IMG/VR virus record: IMGVR_UViG_3300046744_000160
Span: 1-59,466 of that record
Direction: 5' to 3' (one strand)
From: a virus
Taxonomy: Duplodnaviria > Caudoviricetes
Length of the DNA: 59,466 bases
Every line of letters starts with the position of its first letter. Position 1 is the stretch's first letter. This document shows positions 19,356 through 26,770 of the stretch, piece after piece. Under the pieces are notes generated by a model, which was not told the origin of the DNA, made no database searches, and saw only the letters and a list, made by a program, of their open reading frames with translations. The position numbers and the translations under genes are program-made.

Positions 19356-19584
19356 AGTTGACTCCATTAAGTTTGATTGGGTTTCGCAAAATATAAGGCC
19401 GCTATATCAATCCCTGCGGCAACCCGGACTAGCACGGGGCGGGCGGTGTGAACTTCAACCGCTAATGGGGCAAAGGCCGGGGACGTGTCCCCCGGGCGGT
19501 TTATCCGCCCGTCTCGGCCTGACCATTAATGATCTCACCTAGTCAATGATCAATATGGGGGCAATCTCACAACAACACAAGGTT

Positions 19585-19622
19585 TTTTTAAAAAGAAAGC
19601 CCGCCCGGATTAGGGGCGGGCT
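19585..19622 (-). terminator. Terminator-like hairpin after the Cys-rich gene
   Basis: agcccgccc-ggatta-gggcgggct with adjacent A-run (U-tract on minus). Confidence 0.75.
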
Positions 19623-19651
19623 CGGCTGCCGGGGCGATTCCTGCTGCGGGT

Positions 19652-20386
19652 TTATTCTTTGCCAATATCCCCGGCGACGTGATGGCGGATTGTGGCGTTG
19701 TGCGGCAAGGTTTCGGACCATGCCCGCAATGCGTCCGCATCGCTTAATTTTTGATCCTGATTGGCTGTGTTATTCCATTGCAGCCTAGCAGGCCCGCCAG
19801 CAGCATAGCAGCCGCCCGATGTTGATTCATCTTCCGCCTTTTTCTTGCCGTTTCCATGTGCTGTGAATCCGACTACATAATCACGATCTAAACGGGCGCA
19901 AAGTGGGCCATCTTTCCCGCCACAATTGCCACAATTTACATGCGGCATATACTCAGCAAAGCATCTGACAATTTGAATTGGCCCGCCCGGTATATCATCG
20001 CGGCTCACTTTTAAGCTTTTGCCATTCTTCCAAATTGAATCTTTAACAACGGTAACCGCGGGCGCAATTTTATTTGCCGCAATTGCAACGGCCTCCGCGA
20101 TATTACGGGCACTATAATTGATAGTGGTTTTTGTTTCGTTTAATTTGTGCGCCCAGTTCAACGGATTAAAATGGGAATAGGTCCAACTAAAACCCCGGCG
20201 GCGCTTTGAATCTAGCAATGCGTCCAGATAATCAAAATCAATCTGTCCCGGCCCGCACCCGGTCCCGCTGGCGTTAAGCTCACAATTGGCCGGGCAAGTT
20301 CCAAAGGCGTTTTTATTGCCCGCGCGATAAGTAACGGAAATTGGCCCGGTTTTTACATTCCGGCTAATGTCTACAGTTTTTAACAT
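19652..20386 (-). CDS. Cys-rich putative metal/Fe-S protein (Gp88/DUF7227-like)
   Basis: 244 aa; S.N.KTGPI.V, TCP..C, WTYSH, C..C....LC, GF.AHG..KKKA, GCYA..G, RHHVAGD motifs. Confidence 0.6.
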   Translation of the reverse strand: MLKTVDISRNVKTGPISVTYRAGNKNAFGTCPANCELNASGTGCGPGQIDFDYLDALLDSKRRRGFSWTYSHFNPLNWAHKLNETKTTINYSARNIAEAVAIAANKIAPAVTVVKDSIWKNGKSLKVSRDDIPGGPIQIVRCFAEYMPHVNCGNCGGKDGPLCARLDRDYVVGFTAHGNGKKKAEDESTSGGCYAAGGPARLQWNNTANQDQKLSDADALRAWSETLPHNATIRHHVAGDIGKE

Positions 20387-20416
20387 GATGAACCCTCTTT
20401 ATATGTGATTGATCCC

Positions 20417-20445
20417 ATACTATAGCAAACAAAAAAGCCCGTCAA
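20417..20445 (-). promoter_or_regulatory. Sigma70-like promoter for the Cys-rich gene
   Basis: Minus strand TTGACG-17 bp-TAGTAT, overlapping the upstream terminator hairpin. Confidence 0.6.
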
Positions 20446-20470
20446 TAAACGGGCTCTTTTTTTTATTTTT
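20431..20470. terminator. Bidirectional-looking terminator
   Basis: aaaaaagcccg-tcaataaa-cgggctctttttttt. Confidence 0.75.
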
Positions 20471-20569
20471 TTGTTCGTTTCACTGGTTTTATTTCATACC
20501 GGGACCGGGCCTTTTCAAGGCTCGTTGTTCCGTACAAAAAGAAATAATAAATTTTTGCCAGAAAAAACA

Positions 20570-20986
20570 TCAAGCGCAGTCCCGCTGGTCGTGCTGGTGA
20601 TCTTCCCATTGTTGAAACAATCTAGCAATGGCATCTCCGCGCCCGTGTTTTATTTCGATTGTTATATACTGACAAAAAGCTTCGGCGTCGCTCAACGCTT
20701 CCGCGAGACGATAAACGGTGTCTGGATCGTGTGATCCTCCGCCTTTCCAACAGACATAGGGTTCTTTTTCCCGGTGCGGTTCCCACGCAACATTCAATGG
20801 ATATTCTATAAGACCCTCAATTTCATACCACCACCGAAACTCACTAATATGGTCTAAGGTGAGTTCATGCAAAGCTGGGATTTTATAATTTCCATTTTGG
20901 CCTTTTGGTTTACATTTATTGCGATCATATTTTATGCAATAAAGGCGCTTAATTTTGCTGTTTCTTGGCTGCATTCTTATCTCCAT
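20570..20986 (-). CDS. Hypothetical protein
   Basis: 138 aa; real start may be the second Met (GGAG RBS). Confidence 0.6.
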   Translation of the reverse strand: MEIRMQPRNSKIKRLYCIKYDRNKCKPKGQNGNYKIPALHELTLDHISEFRWWYEIEGLIEYPLNVAWEPHREKEPYVCWKGGGSHDPDTVYRLAEALSDAEAFCQYITIEIKHGRGDAIARLFQQWEDHQHDQRDCA

Positions 20987-21015
20987 CGTTAGGTTTGATG
21001 GGTATAAGATAGGTC

Positions 21016-21450
21016 CTATAAAGGAAATGTCAAACGGAAAAAGTCAGACCATTGTGCGGGGTTTTTAAACTTATGCACGGGCTCGGTCAAAAGCCCGCTG
21101 CGGGCTACCATAATTGCTTGATCCCCGCCAAATACAAAAACATCTGCATTTTTATCGCGCACAAAAATATAGGTCGGAGCGTGTTGGTGTTGTGTCATCC
21201 ATGAGATTTGGTGAGGGGACAAACGGACAGATGCCGTTTTGGTGGTTTTAAGTTCTACAAAGTAAAATTTCCCCCGCTCGTCACATACGACAAGGTCGGG
21301 GACGCCTTGGGATGCCCAACTTTCCAAGCGGGTGAAAACAAGATCAGGTCGGAACTTTTTCTGATTTCTCTTTATTGCTTGGTAAAAGTCCGACTCCAGA
21401 TTTTTCTTCGGTCTTTTCTGTGGGCGTAATATTGATGACGGAAGCTCCAT
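21016..21450 (-). CDS. VRR-NUC / PD-(D/E)xK nuclease (Holliday-junction resolvase-like)
   Basis: E..F...RLE.....GVPDL......FYFVELK......LSPHQ..W. Confidence 0.85.
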   Translation of the reverse strand: MELPSSILRPQKRPKKNLESDFYQAIKRNQKKFRPDLVFTRLESWASQGVPDLVVCDERGKFYFVELKTTKTASVRLSPHQISWMTQHQHAPTYIFVRDKNADVFVFGGDQAIMVARSGLLTEPVHKFKNPAQWSDFFRLTFPL

Positions 21451-21925
21451 ATTGATCCGCTAAGTCCTTTAACGCTTTTTCTACTTCTTCCCGGCTCATA
21501 CTGTCGATAGAGCCATGCCGCACTTCGGATTTACTTATGTATATATCGCCTTGAGCTTGCCCACGGGCTTTCTCCGCCTGAACGGCTGCGGAGTATGCTC
21601 CGTCCTGCAAAGCTCTATCCCTGATCTTCTGAAGGTCGCGGATGTGCCGTCCATACGTCACCCGGTACTGTTCATCTAATTCTTTACGATAGCGCTTTAT
21701 TGCAGCTACAACATGAGGGTTCAGATTTGGGTTTGTTAATTCAGAAGCTTTAACAGAGGCGCTTTTTTCAGGATATCCTGCATTTAACGCGGCCTGCTTC
21801 TTTGTGATCATGCCATCGTGCGAAACAAATTCTTTTACAAAAGCGATTTGTCTTTCTGTCAGGGGTGTTTCTTCTGTCTTTCGCGGCCTTCCAAGCGGCT
21901 TTCGTTCTTTTTTAACAATCCTCAT
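21344..21925 (-). CDS. terS: Terminase small subunit
   Basis: LTERQIAFV.E.......QAALNAGY...SA...ASEL...P.V HTH pattern; AAVQAEK.RG; start ATG 21925 with GAGG RBS. Confidence 0.8.
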   Translation of the reverse strand: MRIVKKERKPLGRPRKTEETPLTERQIAFVKEFVSHDGMITKKQAALNAGYPEKSASVKASELTNPNLNPHVVAAIKRYRKELDEQYRVTYGRHIRDLQKIRDRALQDGAYSAAVQAEKARGQAQGDIYISKSEVRHGSIDSMSREEVEKALKDLADQYGASVINITPTEKTEEKSGVGLLPSNKEKSEKVPT

Positions 21926-22022
21926 GCCTGCCCTCATTTAGATGAATTACCCCCAAAATCTATGATAACAGGGCCTACAAGGCAAGGTATTCAACAAATC
22001 AACCATATTTTGGTTAACCCAA

Positions 22023-22242
22023 ATATGTTACATGTAACACAATATGCTACAGATTCTTCCTCTTTTATTATGCCAAAACAACAATGTAGCATTTGTTACA
22101 TTTTTCACACCGTGTTTTGCAGAAAAAAAAATAAAACTATTTTTCTGGCCTATATAAGAATTACGAAAGCCGGAAACCCTTGCTCACCAAGGGCTAGACC
22201 TGTAACTTTTTTGCTTTTTAATGGTGTAACAAAAGTTACACC
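22023..22242. repeat. Cluster of TGTAAC/GTTACA direct and inverted repeats in AT-rich non-coding DNA (candidate replication origin or packaging site)
   Basis: tgttacatgtaaca 22026-22039; aatgtagca-tt-tgttacatt 22083-22102; tgtaactttt 22201-22210; ggtgtaac-aaaa-gttacacc 22223-22242. Confidence 0.7.
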
Positions 22243-22341
22243 CCGCTCTGTTTCCAGAACGAGGTGTTAAAACGTAACCAAACCTAACGGAGGAGATCCG
22301 TTGTCCGTGTACGTTACGCCCCTATATTTTGCCCGTCAAGC

Positions 22342-22374
22342 AAAAAAAGTGGGCCAGTCCCGCAGAACTGGCCC
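22342..22374 (-). terminator. Rho-independent terminator
   Basis: gggccagt-cccgcaga-actggccc with A-run on plus strand. Confidence 0.75.
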
Positions 22375-22404
22375 TGCCATCCCTACACAACTAAGGGTTG
22401 GCAA

Positions 22405-22788
22405 TTAAGCGGCGTCCTCTTCCATGTGCGCCTCATGCGATATCCGAAGCTGATTACACCAGTCTTTTTGAAACGCCTCATGCGTGAGTCGTTCATCTTT
22501 AGACGGTGTCATAGAGCTACGGGTCAACTTAAAGAAACCGACAGGAACAATTTTGTCGGCGTCTTCTGAGTGCCACGACAGGCAGCCCATGTCCGTGATA
22601 TTTATTCGATCAGTCGGACAGTACCAGACTTGAACGAACTGTGGGTAGTATGATGAGCCAAAAGCTTTTGCTGCATTGCGGGCAGCGGTCACCGGGTCGG
22701 TGGCCTTGGCCCATGTGCCGTGAATACCTGCGGTTGAAGCGAGGAAGGTCCCACCATTAGGCAAGACGTGGTCAAATGAATCAGTCAT
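22405..22788 (-). CDS. Hypothetical early protein
   Basis: 127 aa; AAGGAG RBS; left gene of a divergent pair. Confidence 0.75.
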   Translation of the reverse strand: MTDSFDHVLPNGGTFLASTAGIHGTWAKATDPVTAARNAAKAFGSSYYPQFVQVWYCPTDRINITDMGCLSWHSEDADKIVPVGFFKLTRSSMTPSKDERLTHEAFQKDWCNQLRISHEAHMEEDAA

Positions 22789-22869
22789 AACTGACTCCTT
22801 TCGGAAGGTTGATTTACGTTTTAAACAGCGGCGGGTTGGTTAGACCCGCAGACGATCTTTTGATCGTTC

Positions 22870-23000
22870 TAAGAGTCTAACATATGGGATTAGTCCTGTA
22901 CATGTGACAAAATGTCGCAGGCTAAGTAGTTGATTTCATTGAATAATGGGTGCGACACTATGTCACATGGTCTTATATAGTCCCGTATGGTAGACTCTTA
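22870..23000. promoter_or_regulatory. Divergent mirror-image promoters with two palindromic operators and a central IHF-consensus site
   Basis: 50-bp arms 22870-22919 and 22951-23000 match at 38/50 as inverted repeats; TGYGACA-N3-TGTCRCA at 22903-22919 and 22951-22967; TGn-TAGACT at each outer end; AATCAACTACTTA (WATCAANNNNTTR) on minus at 22923-22935. Confidence 0.75.
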
Positions 23001-23026
23001 TTAGCTTCGGAATCTAACCGGAGCTT

Positions 23027-23048
23027 GAATGTTTCACGTGAAACATTC
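23027..23048. promoter_or_regulatory. parS: parS centromere-like site (ParB/Spo0J binding consensus)
   Basis: Perfect 22-bp palindrome gaatgtttcacgtgaaacattc; core TGTTTCACGTGAAACA (23030-23045) is identical to the bacterial chromosomal parS consensus. Confidence 0.8.
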
Positions 23049-23086
23049 CGCTATTTGAAAACGTGAACCAAACAAAGGAGAAGGAT

Positions 23087-23341
23087 ATGCCTTCAATTGC
23101 AAATAACTTTGCGCGTGTCGAAGTTCCTGAAGAGCAGGCTAAAGTTGGAATAATTTGGGTCTGTCTTAATTCGGTGGATTTCACCGGGAACGACAAGGCG
23201 GTAAAAGAGCATCGCCGTTTGCTTCTGTCATATCGCCGGAAGATTTCGAAGCTCAACGACATTGAGCCCGCGCAGGTCGAAAGCGAAATGCTGGATCATT
23301 ACGAAGAGCTTAAAAAGCTTCGTAAGAAGTGGGCGGTGTAA
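23087..23341 (+). CDS. Hypothetical early protein
   Basis: Start reassigned to ATG 23087 after AAGGAG; 84 aa. Confidence 0.7.
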   Translation: MPSIANNFARVEVPEEQAKVGIIWVCLNSVDFTGNDKAVKEHRRLLLSYRRKISKLNDIEPAQVESEMLDHYEELKKLRKKWAV

Positions 23342-23342
23342 G

Positions 23343-23633
23343 ATGGCTCTTGATTTAACGATCCAGATTGACGGTTACTTTAGTGCCGACTTTAAATGCA
23401 ACGAAACCGGGAGGTCGTTTATTCTGGGAGAAGGGCCTTTTAACAGTGGCCTAATCTTTTATGAAGTAGGCGGTGGGGACGCAGAGAAAATGCTTTCCGA
23501 CTATGACGTCCCGCTGCTGACTTTTGGTCGAAACTTTAAGACCAAACAAAGCACGGTCCTCGCTAAGTGTATTCAGTGGTTCGATGACCGCGAAGAATTT
23601 CACGGCGGCATTGTTGCGAGAATAAAAGAATAA
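23343..23633 (+). CDS. Hypothetical protein
   Basis: ATG 23343 directly after the upstream stop; MALDLTIQIDG... Confidence 0.65.
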   Translation: MALDLTIQIDGYFSADFKCNETGRSFILGEGPFNSGLIFYEVGGGDAEKMLSDYDVPLLTFGRNFKTKQSTVLAKCIQWFDDREEFHGGIVARIKE

Positions 23634-23635
23634 AA

Positions 23636-23667
23636 GAAAAACCCCCGCCACTGAGCGGGGGTTTTTC
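23636..23667. terminator. Bidirectional terminator between convergent genes
   Basis: aaaaacccccgc-cactga-gcgggggttttt. Confidence 0.9.
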
Positions 23668-23953
23668 AGTGGTACTCTCCGCCGTGGTTCGCGATCCCGG
23701 CTTGGTTTTGCGCGAGGTCTCTTGCGATGCTGATCATTTCTTCTGCATCTTCTACTGTTTTGCAGGCTAGATAAGCGCACTCCATTAGGTGGGTCATCAT
23801 GCCTATCAGGATCAGGGGTTCGTGTTCCGCGGCCATTGCTTGAACATGCTTGCTCATAAGTTCGACGCTATCGGAGCCCATTTCGTAACCTAGAGCGAAG
23901 TCTCTATGTTCCGGGTTTACTTCCACCTCTTGTGGTTCGTTGTCGTTGGTCAT
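23666..23953 (-). CDS. Hypothetical protein
   Basis: Start ATG 23953 overlaps the upstream stop (ATGA). Confidence 0.65.
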   Translation of the reverse strand: MTNDNEPQEVEVNPEHRDFALGYEMGSDSVELMSKHVQAMAAEHEPLILIGMMTHLMECAYLACKTVEDAEEMISIARDLAQNQAGIANHGGEYH

Positions 23954-24195
23954 CCTTGTAGGATCCTTTCCCAATGTTTTTTTATTTCGGCGGCTTCCTC
24001 GTGAGCCTTACGGGTAAAGCCCTTCTTGCGAAGTAGATCATCACAATGCAGCTTAACGATTCCATTGATCTTATCAACGGAATCAGCCCACGTTGGTTTA
24101 TCGTCATTGGTCCGCAGCATGAGGGTTGCCCCTACATCCCCGGCGTTATTGATCATTGCTTCCACGATCTCGCTCTCCTCTTTGTGTTTTTTCAC
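23950..24195 (-). CDS. Hypothetical protein
   Basis: 81 aa; GTG start with GGAG RBS. Confidence 0.65.
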   Translation of the reverse strand: MKKHKEESEIVEAMINNAGDVGATLMLRTNDDKPTWADSVDKINGIVKLHCDDLLRKKGFTRKAHEEAAEIKKHWERILQG

Positions 24196-24368
24196 AATTT
24201 TTTCTCCGTTTTAATACAGAACAATTCTTGGTTATTTGGAACTTCCCGCACAAAGCGTTCTTCGGTCAACGCAACATGGCAAGCTGACATCTTATCGTGA
24301 AAGCTGAGGATTTCAACGGACGCCCCCTGTAGCGACGTGATCGTCACAAGTATTAAAAGATGATTCAT
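24192..24368 (-). CDS. 58-aa protein with hydrophobic N-terminus and two Cys (not in ORF track)
   Basis: Hand translation MNHLLILVTITSLQGASVEILSFHDKMSACHVALTEERFVREVPNNQELFCIKTEKKL*; AGGA RBS; fills the gap and overlaps the next start. Confidence 0.7.
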   Translation of the reverse strand: MNHLLILVTITSLQGASVEILSFHDKMSACHVALTEERFVREVPNNQELFCIKTEKKL

Positions 24369-24378
24369 TGAACAATTC

Positions 24379-25230
24379 CTACATAAAATTCTTCGGTAAT
24401 GTGTGGTTTAGGCCGTAGAACTCTTCAGGCATCTTGTTGCCTTTGGACAGGTTTTCGCTGGCCGGGATGACTTGCAAATTCCACGGAACGTGCAGTCCGC
24501 ACACTCTGTCGTGAGTTAACGGATAATAATGATCAACGTGATGTTCAACGCCAGTCTCTTTCGTTAGGCGCTTCCGCTCTTCGTAAATCGGCACAAAGGA
24601 ATCCCAGTTTACCCATTTGACCTTTGCTTTTTTTCGTTTGTAGTGGCTTAATCGCCCCATAGCAGACACGCGCTCTTTGTTTTGGCTGGCCCACCTTCTA
24701 GCGTTGCGCCTAACTCTCTCCCGATCTTTTTCTGTGAAATTGGCACGGTATTTCGCGTCTTTACGCTTATAGTATTCAATGTTGTTTCGGTAATGCTGCG
24801 CCTTGCGCCGGAGATGTTCTTCCCGGTGCGGGGACTTTGGGTCCAAATATCTATCCCTCGCCCATTTCTTGCTATGCTCTACGTTTTCTTTCCTCCATTT
24901 TTCGCGGTAGGCTTTCGCCTCTGAGGTGCGTTGGCGCTCTGCCGCGCACTCGCAGCATTGTGCGCTTATGGTGAAACGCTCTGAGATATGCCCTTTCTTT
25001 TTGCAGGGCTTACCGTCGCTGTATCGCTTGAGACCTTTGGCCTTTGCAACGCCTCTTGGGCTTTTCGGATCTACTCTCTCATATCTATTTTCACGGACAC
25101 ACTCTATGCAGCCAAACGGCACTCCGACATATCTGTCACAGGTGTGGCCTCTATTGCAGGGTTTGCCTGTGTTAAATTTTTTCAACCCTTTCTCCACGGC
25201 TGCGTCTGACATTTCCCGAAGTGTAGGCAT
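24379..25230 (-). CDS. Free-standing HNH endonuclease with two N-terminal Cys/His repeats
   Basis: C-terminal HHVDHYYPL....VCGLHVPWNLQVI...EN..K.N; repeats GKPC..GH...RY.....C.EC twice. Confidence 0.88.
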   Translation of the reverse strand: MPTLREMSDAAVEKGLKKFNTGKPCNRGHTCDRYVGVPFGCIECVRENRYERVDPKSPRGVAKAKGLKRYSDGKPCKKKGHISERFTISAQCCECAAERQRTSEAKAYREKWRKENVEHSKKWARDRYLDPKSPHREEHLRRKAQHYRNNIEYYKRKDAKYRANFTEKDRERVRRNARRWASQNKERVSAMGRLSHYKRKKAKVKWVNWDSFVPIYEERKRLTKETGVEHHVDHYYPLTHDRVCGLHVPWNLQVIPASENLSKGNKMPEEFYGLNHTLPKNFM

Positions 25231-25258
25231 TTACGTTCTCCCTAGTTGTTGTAACCTG

Positions 25259-25323
25259 TATATAAGATTTATCGTATAGATAGTCAACAGGGTATTGACA
25301 CTTTATGGGATTAGTCTTACCTT
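25259..25323. promoter_or_regulatory. Back-to-back sigma70-like promoters
   Basis: Plus TTGACA (25295)-17-TACCTT; minus TTGACT (25287-25282)-17-TATATA. Confidence 0.7.
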
Positions 25324-25356
25324 CATCTAATAGCCAACCAAACAAAGGAGATTGTT

Positions 25357-25980
25357 ATGGCGAGAAAACCTTGGTCTGAAAAAGCTAAGAAGGCCCAATC
25401 GAAGCGTATCAAGAAGATGTGGGCGGATAAAAAGAAATCCAAAATAAAAGAGGCTTCGGCAACTTTGAAGCCAGTCAAAGAGGCTTACATTATGCCTCCT
25501 CCCGTTATCGTCGAGGAAAAGGTTGAAGAGCGTGATCTGAACACGGTCAGCGCGACGTGGGTGAAGTACCATCTCAAAGAGTGCATAAAGGAATGCACTA
25601 CAAAGGCGGAGATGACAAAGTATCTTGAGGACTCTATCGAAACGGTTGATCGGATTATGTCTGACGATAGAAAAGAGTCTCGTCGTCGTCACAAAGAGGA
25701 CGCTATCCACGACAATGTGACGGACGCTGAAATCTTGATCATCGGTGATGGTTACAACATCAACGGCATCCAAGAGCCACAACGCATAATGGGTTCAATA
25801 CCATTCTGGGTTCCTTACAACGTGTCGATGTTTGATCACTTGAGGGAAGATCCAGAAGCCCGTGAATGGTTCTTTGATGTTATGGGTTCTGCCCGTCAGG
25901 TCGCGGTAACAAACCACGGCTGGCCTGACCAGAACATTAGTGTGCAGGTCCGGTTTACGTTTACTCATGTGAACGGTTGA
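25357..25980 (+). CDS. Hypothetical protein with basic N-terminus
   Basis: 207 aa; AAGGAG RBS. Confidence 0.7.
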   Translation: MARKPWSEKAKKAQSKRIKKMWADKKKSKIKEASATLKPVKEAYIMPPPVIVEEKVEERDLNTVSATWVKYHLKECIKECTTKAEMTKYLEDSIETVDRIMSDDRKESRRRHKEDAIHDNVTDAEILIIGDGYNINGIQEPQRIMGSIPFWVPYNVSMFDHLREDPEAREWFFDVMGSARQVAVTNHGWPDQNISVQVRFTFTHVNG

Positions 25981-25984
25981 TCCA

Positions 25985-26569
25985 ATGGGACGCGAGAAGG
26001 ACGATTTTTACCCCACCCCGCCGGAAGCTGTCCGGGTTCTGATGAAGTTGATTGCTGAAGGAATAACCCTTCATTGTTACGACAAGGAAATCTGGGAGCC
26101 TGCCTGCGGGGATGGGGCTATATCTAAGATACTCGACATGGAATATGATCTCCGTGTCGAGTCCACCGATTTGGTGGACCGGGGTTACGGGACCGCAGGC
26201 GTTGATTTTCTGATGGAAACAAAGATGCCTGCCCCGTGGATTGTTACAAACCCGCCATATAGGTTGGCAAATGATTTTGTTAAGCACGGGCTCAACCTGC
26301 TTGCAAATGACGTCCACTCCCACGGCATGTGCATGTTTTTGCGTTTGTCCTTCTTGGAAGGTCAGAAGCGTTATGCTGAGATTTTTAAAGATCACCCGCC
26401 ATCTGATGTAATTGCTTTTAGCAAAAGGCTGACGCTATGGCGCGGGGACCAAGAACGGGCGGGCAATGGCACTACGGCTTATGCTTGGTTTGTGTGGATG
26501 CGGGATGGTAATTATGGAAGACGCCCGGAGTTGCATTGGGATGCAGACTTTGAAAGACTAGAAGAATAA
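25985..26569 (+). CDS. Orphan DNA amino-methyltransferase (probably N6-adenine)
   Basis: DFYPTP, SAM-binding WEPACGDG and catalytic IVTNPPY motifs. Confidence 0.85.
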   Translation: MGREKDDFYPTPPEAVRVLMKLIAEGITLHCYDKEIWEPACGDGAISKILDMEYDLRVESTDLVDRGYGTAGVDFLMETKMPAPWIVTNPPYRLANDFVKHGLNLLANDVHSHGMCMFLRLSFLEGQKRYAEIFKDHPPSDVIAFSKRLTLWRGDQERAGNGTTAYAWFVWMRDGNYGRRPELHWDADFERLEE

Positions 26570-26584
26570 ACACGGAGTTACGTT

Positions 26585-26770
26585 ATGAATATAATTCATG
26601 GGCTTTCAAAATGTGATAAGTGTGATAACAAGGCCGACGCAAAGGAGGGTAATGCCCTCCTTTGCACGAAATGTTGGTTTAAGATGTACGCGAAGCATGA
26701 GACGCCTGCGGCTCTTCAGAGTCGCGTTGAGCGTATGGCGAATCTTCCTGCATCAACAAAGACGCTTTAA
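26585..26770 (+). CDS. Small zinc-finger protein (CxxC...CxxC)
   Basis: CDKC...CTKC; GGAG RBS. Confidence 0.65.
   Translation: MNIIHGLSKCDKCDNKADAKEGNALLCTKCWFKMYAKHETPAALQSRVERMANLPASTKTL

Noticed and set aside
19440-19530. tRNA gene
   Set aside because: No TTCG T-loop, D-loop or CCA geometry on either strand
21818-22270. 150-aa plus-strand ORF
   Set aside because: Overlaps terS antisense and runs through the GTTACA repeat region; composition is not protein-like
22301-22408. 35-codon TTG ORF after a GGAGG
   Set aside because: Runs across a terminator hairpin, has a weak start and no motif; cannot be supported
22903-22967. CRP/FNR-type sites
   Set aside because: Spacing is TGTGA-N7-TCGCA rather than TGTGA-N6-TCACA, so these are treated as a different operator
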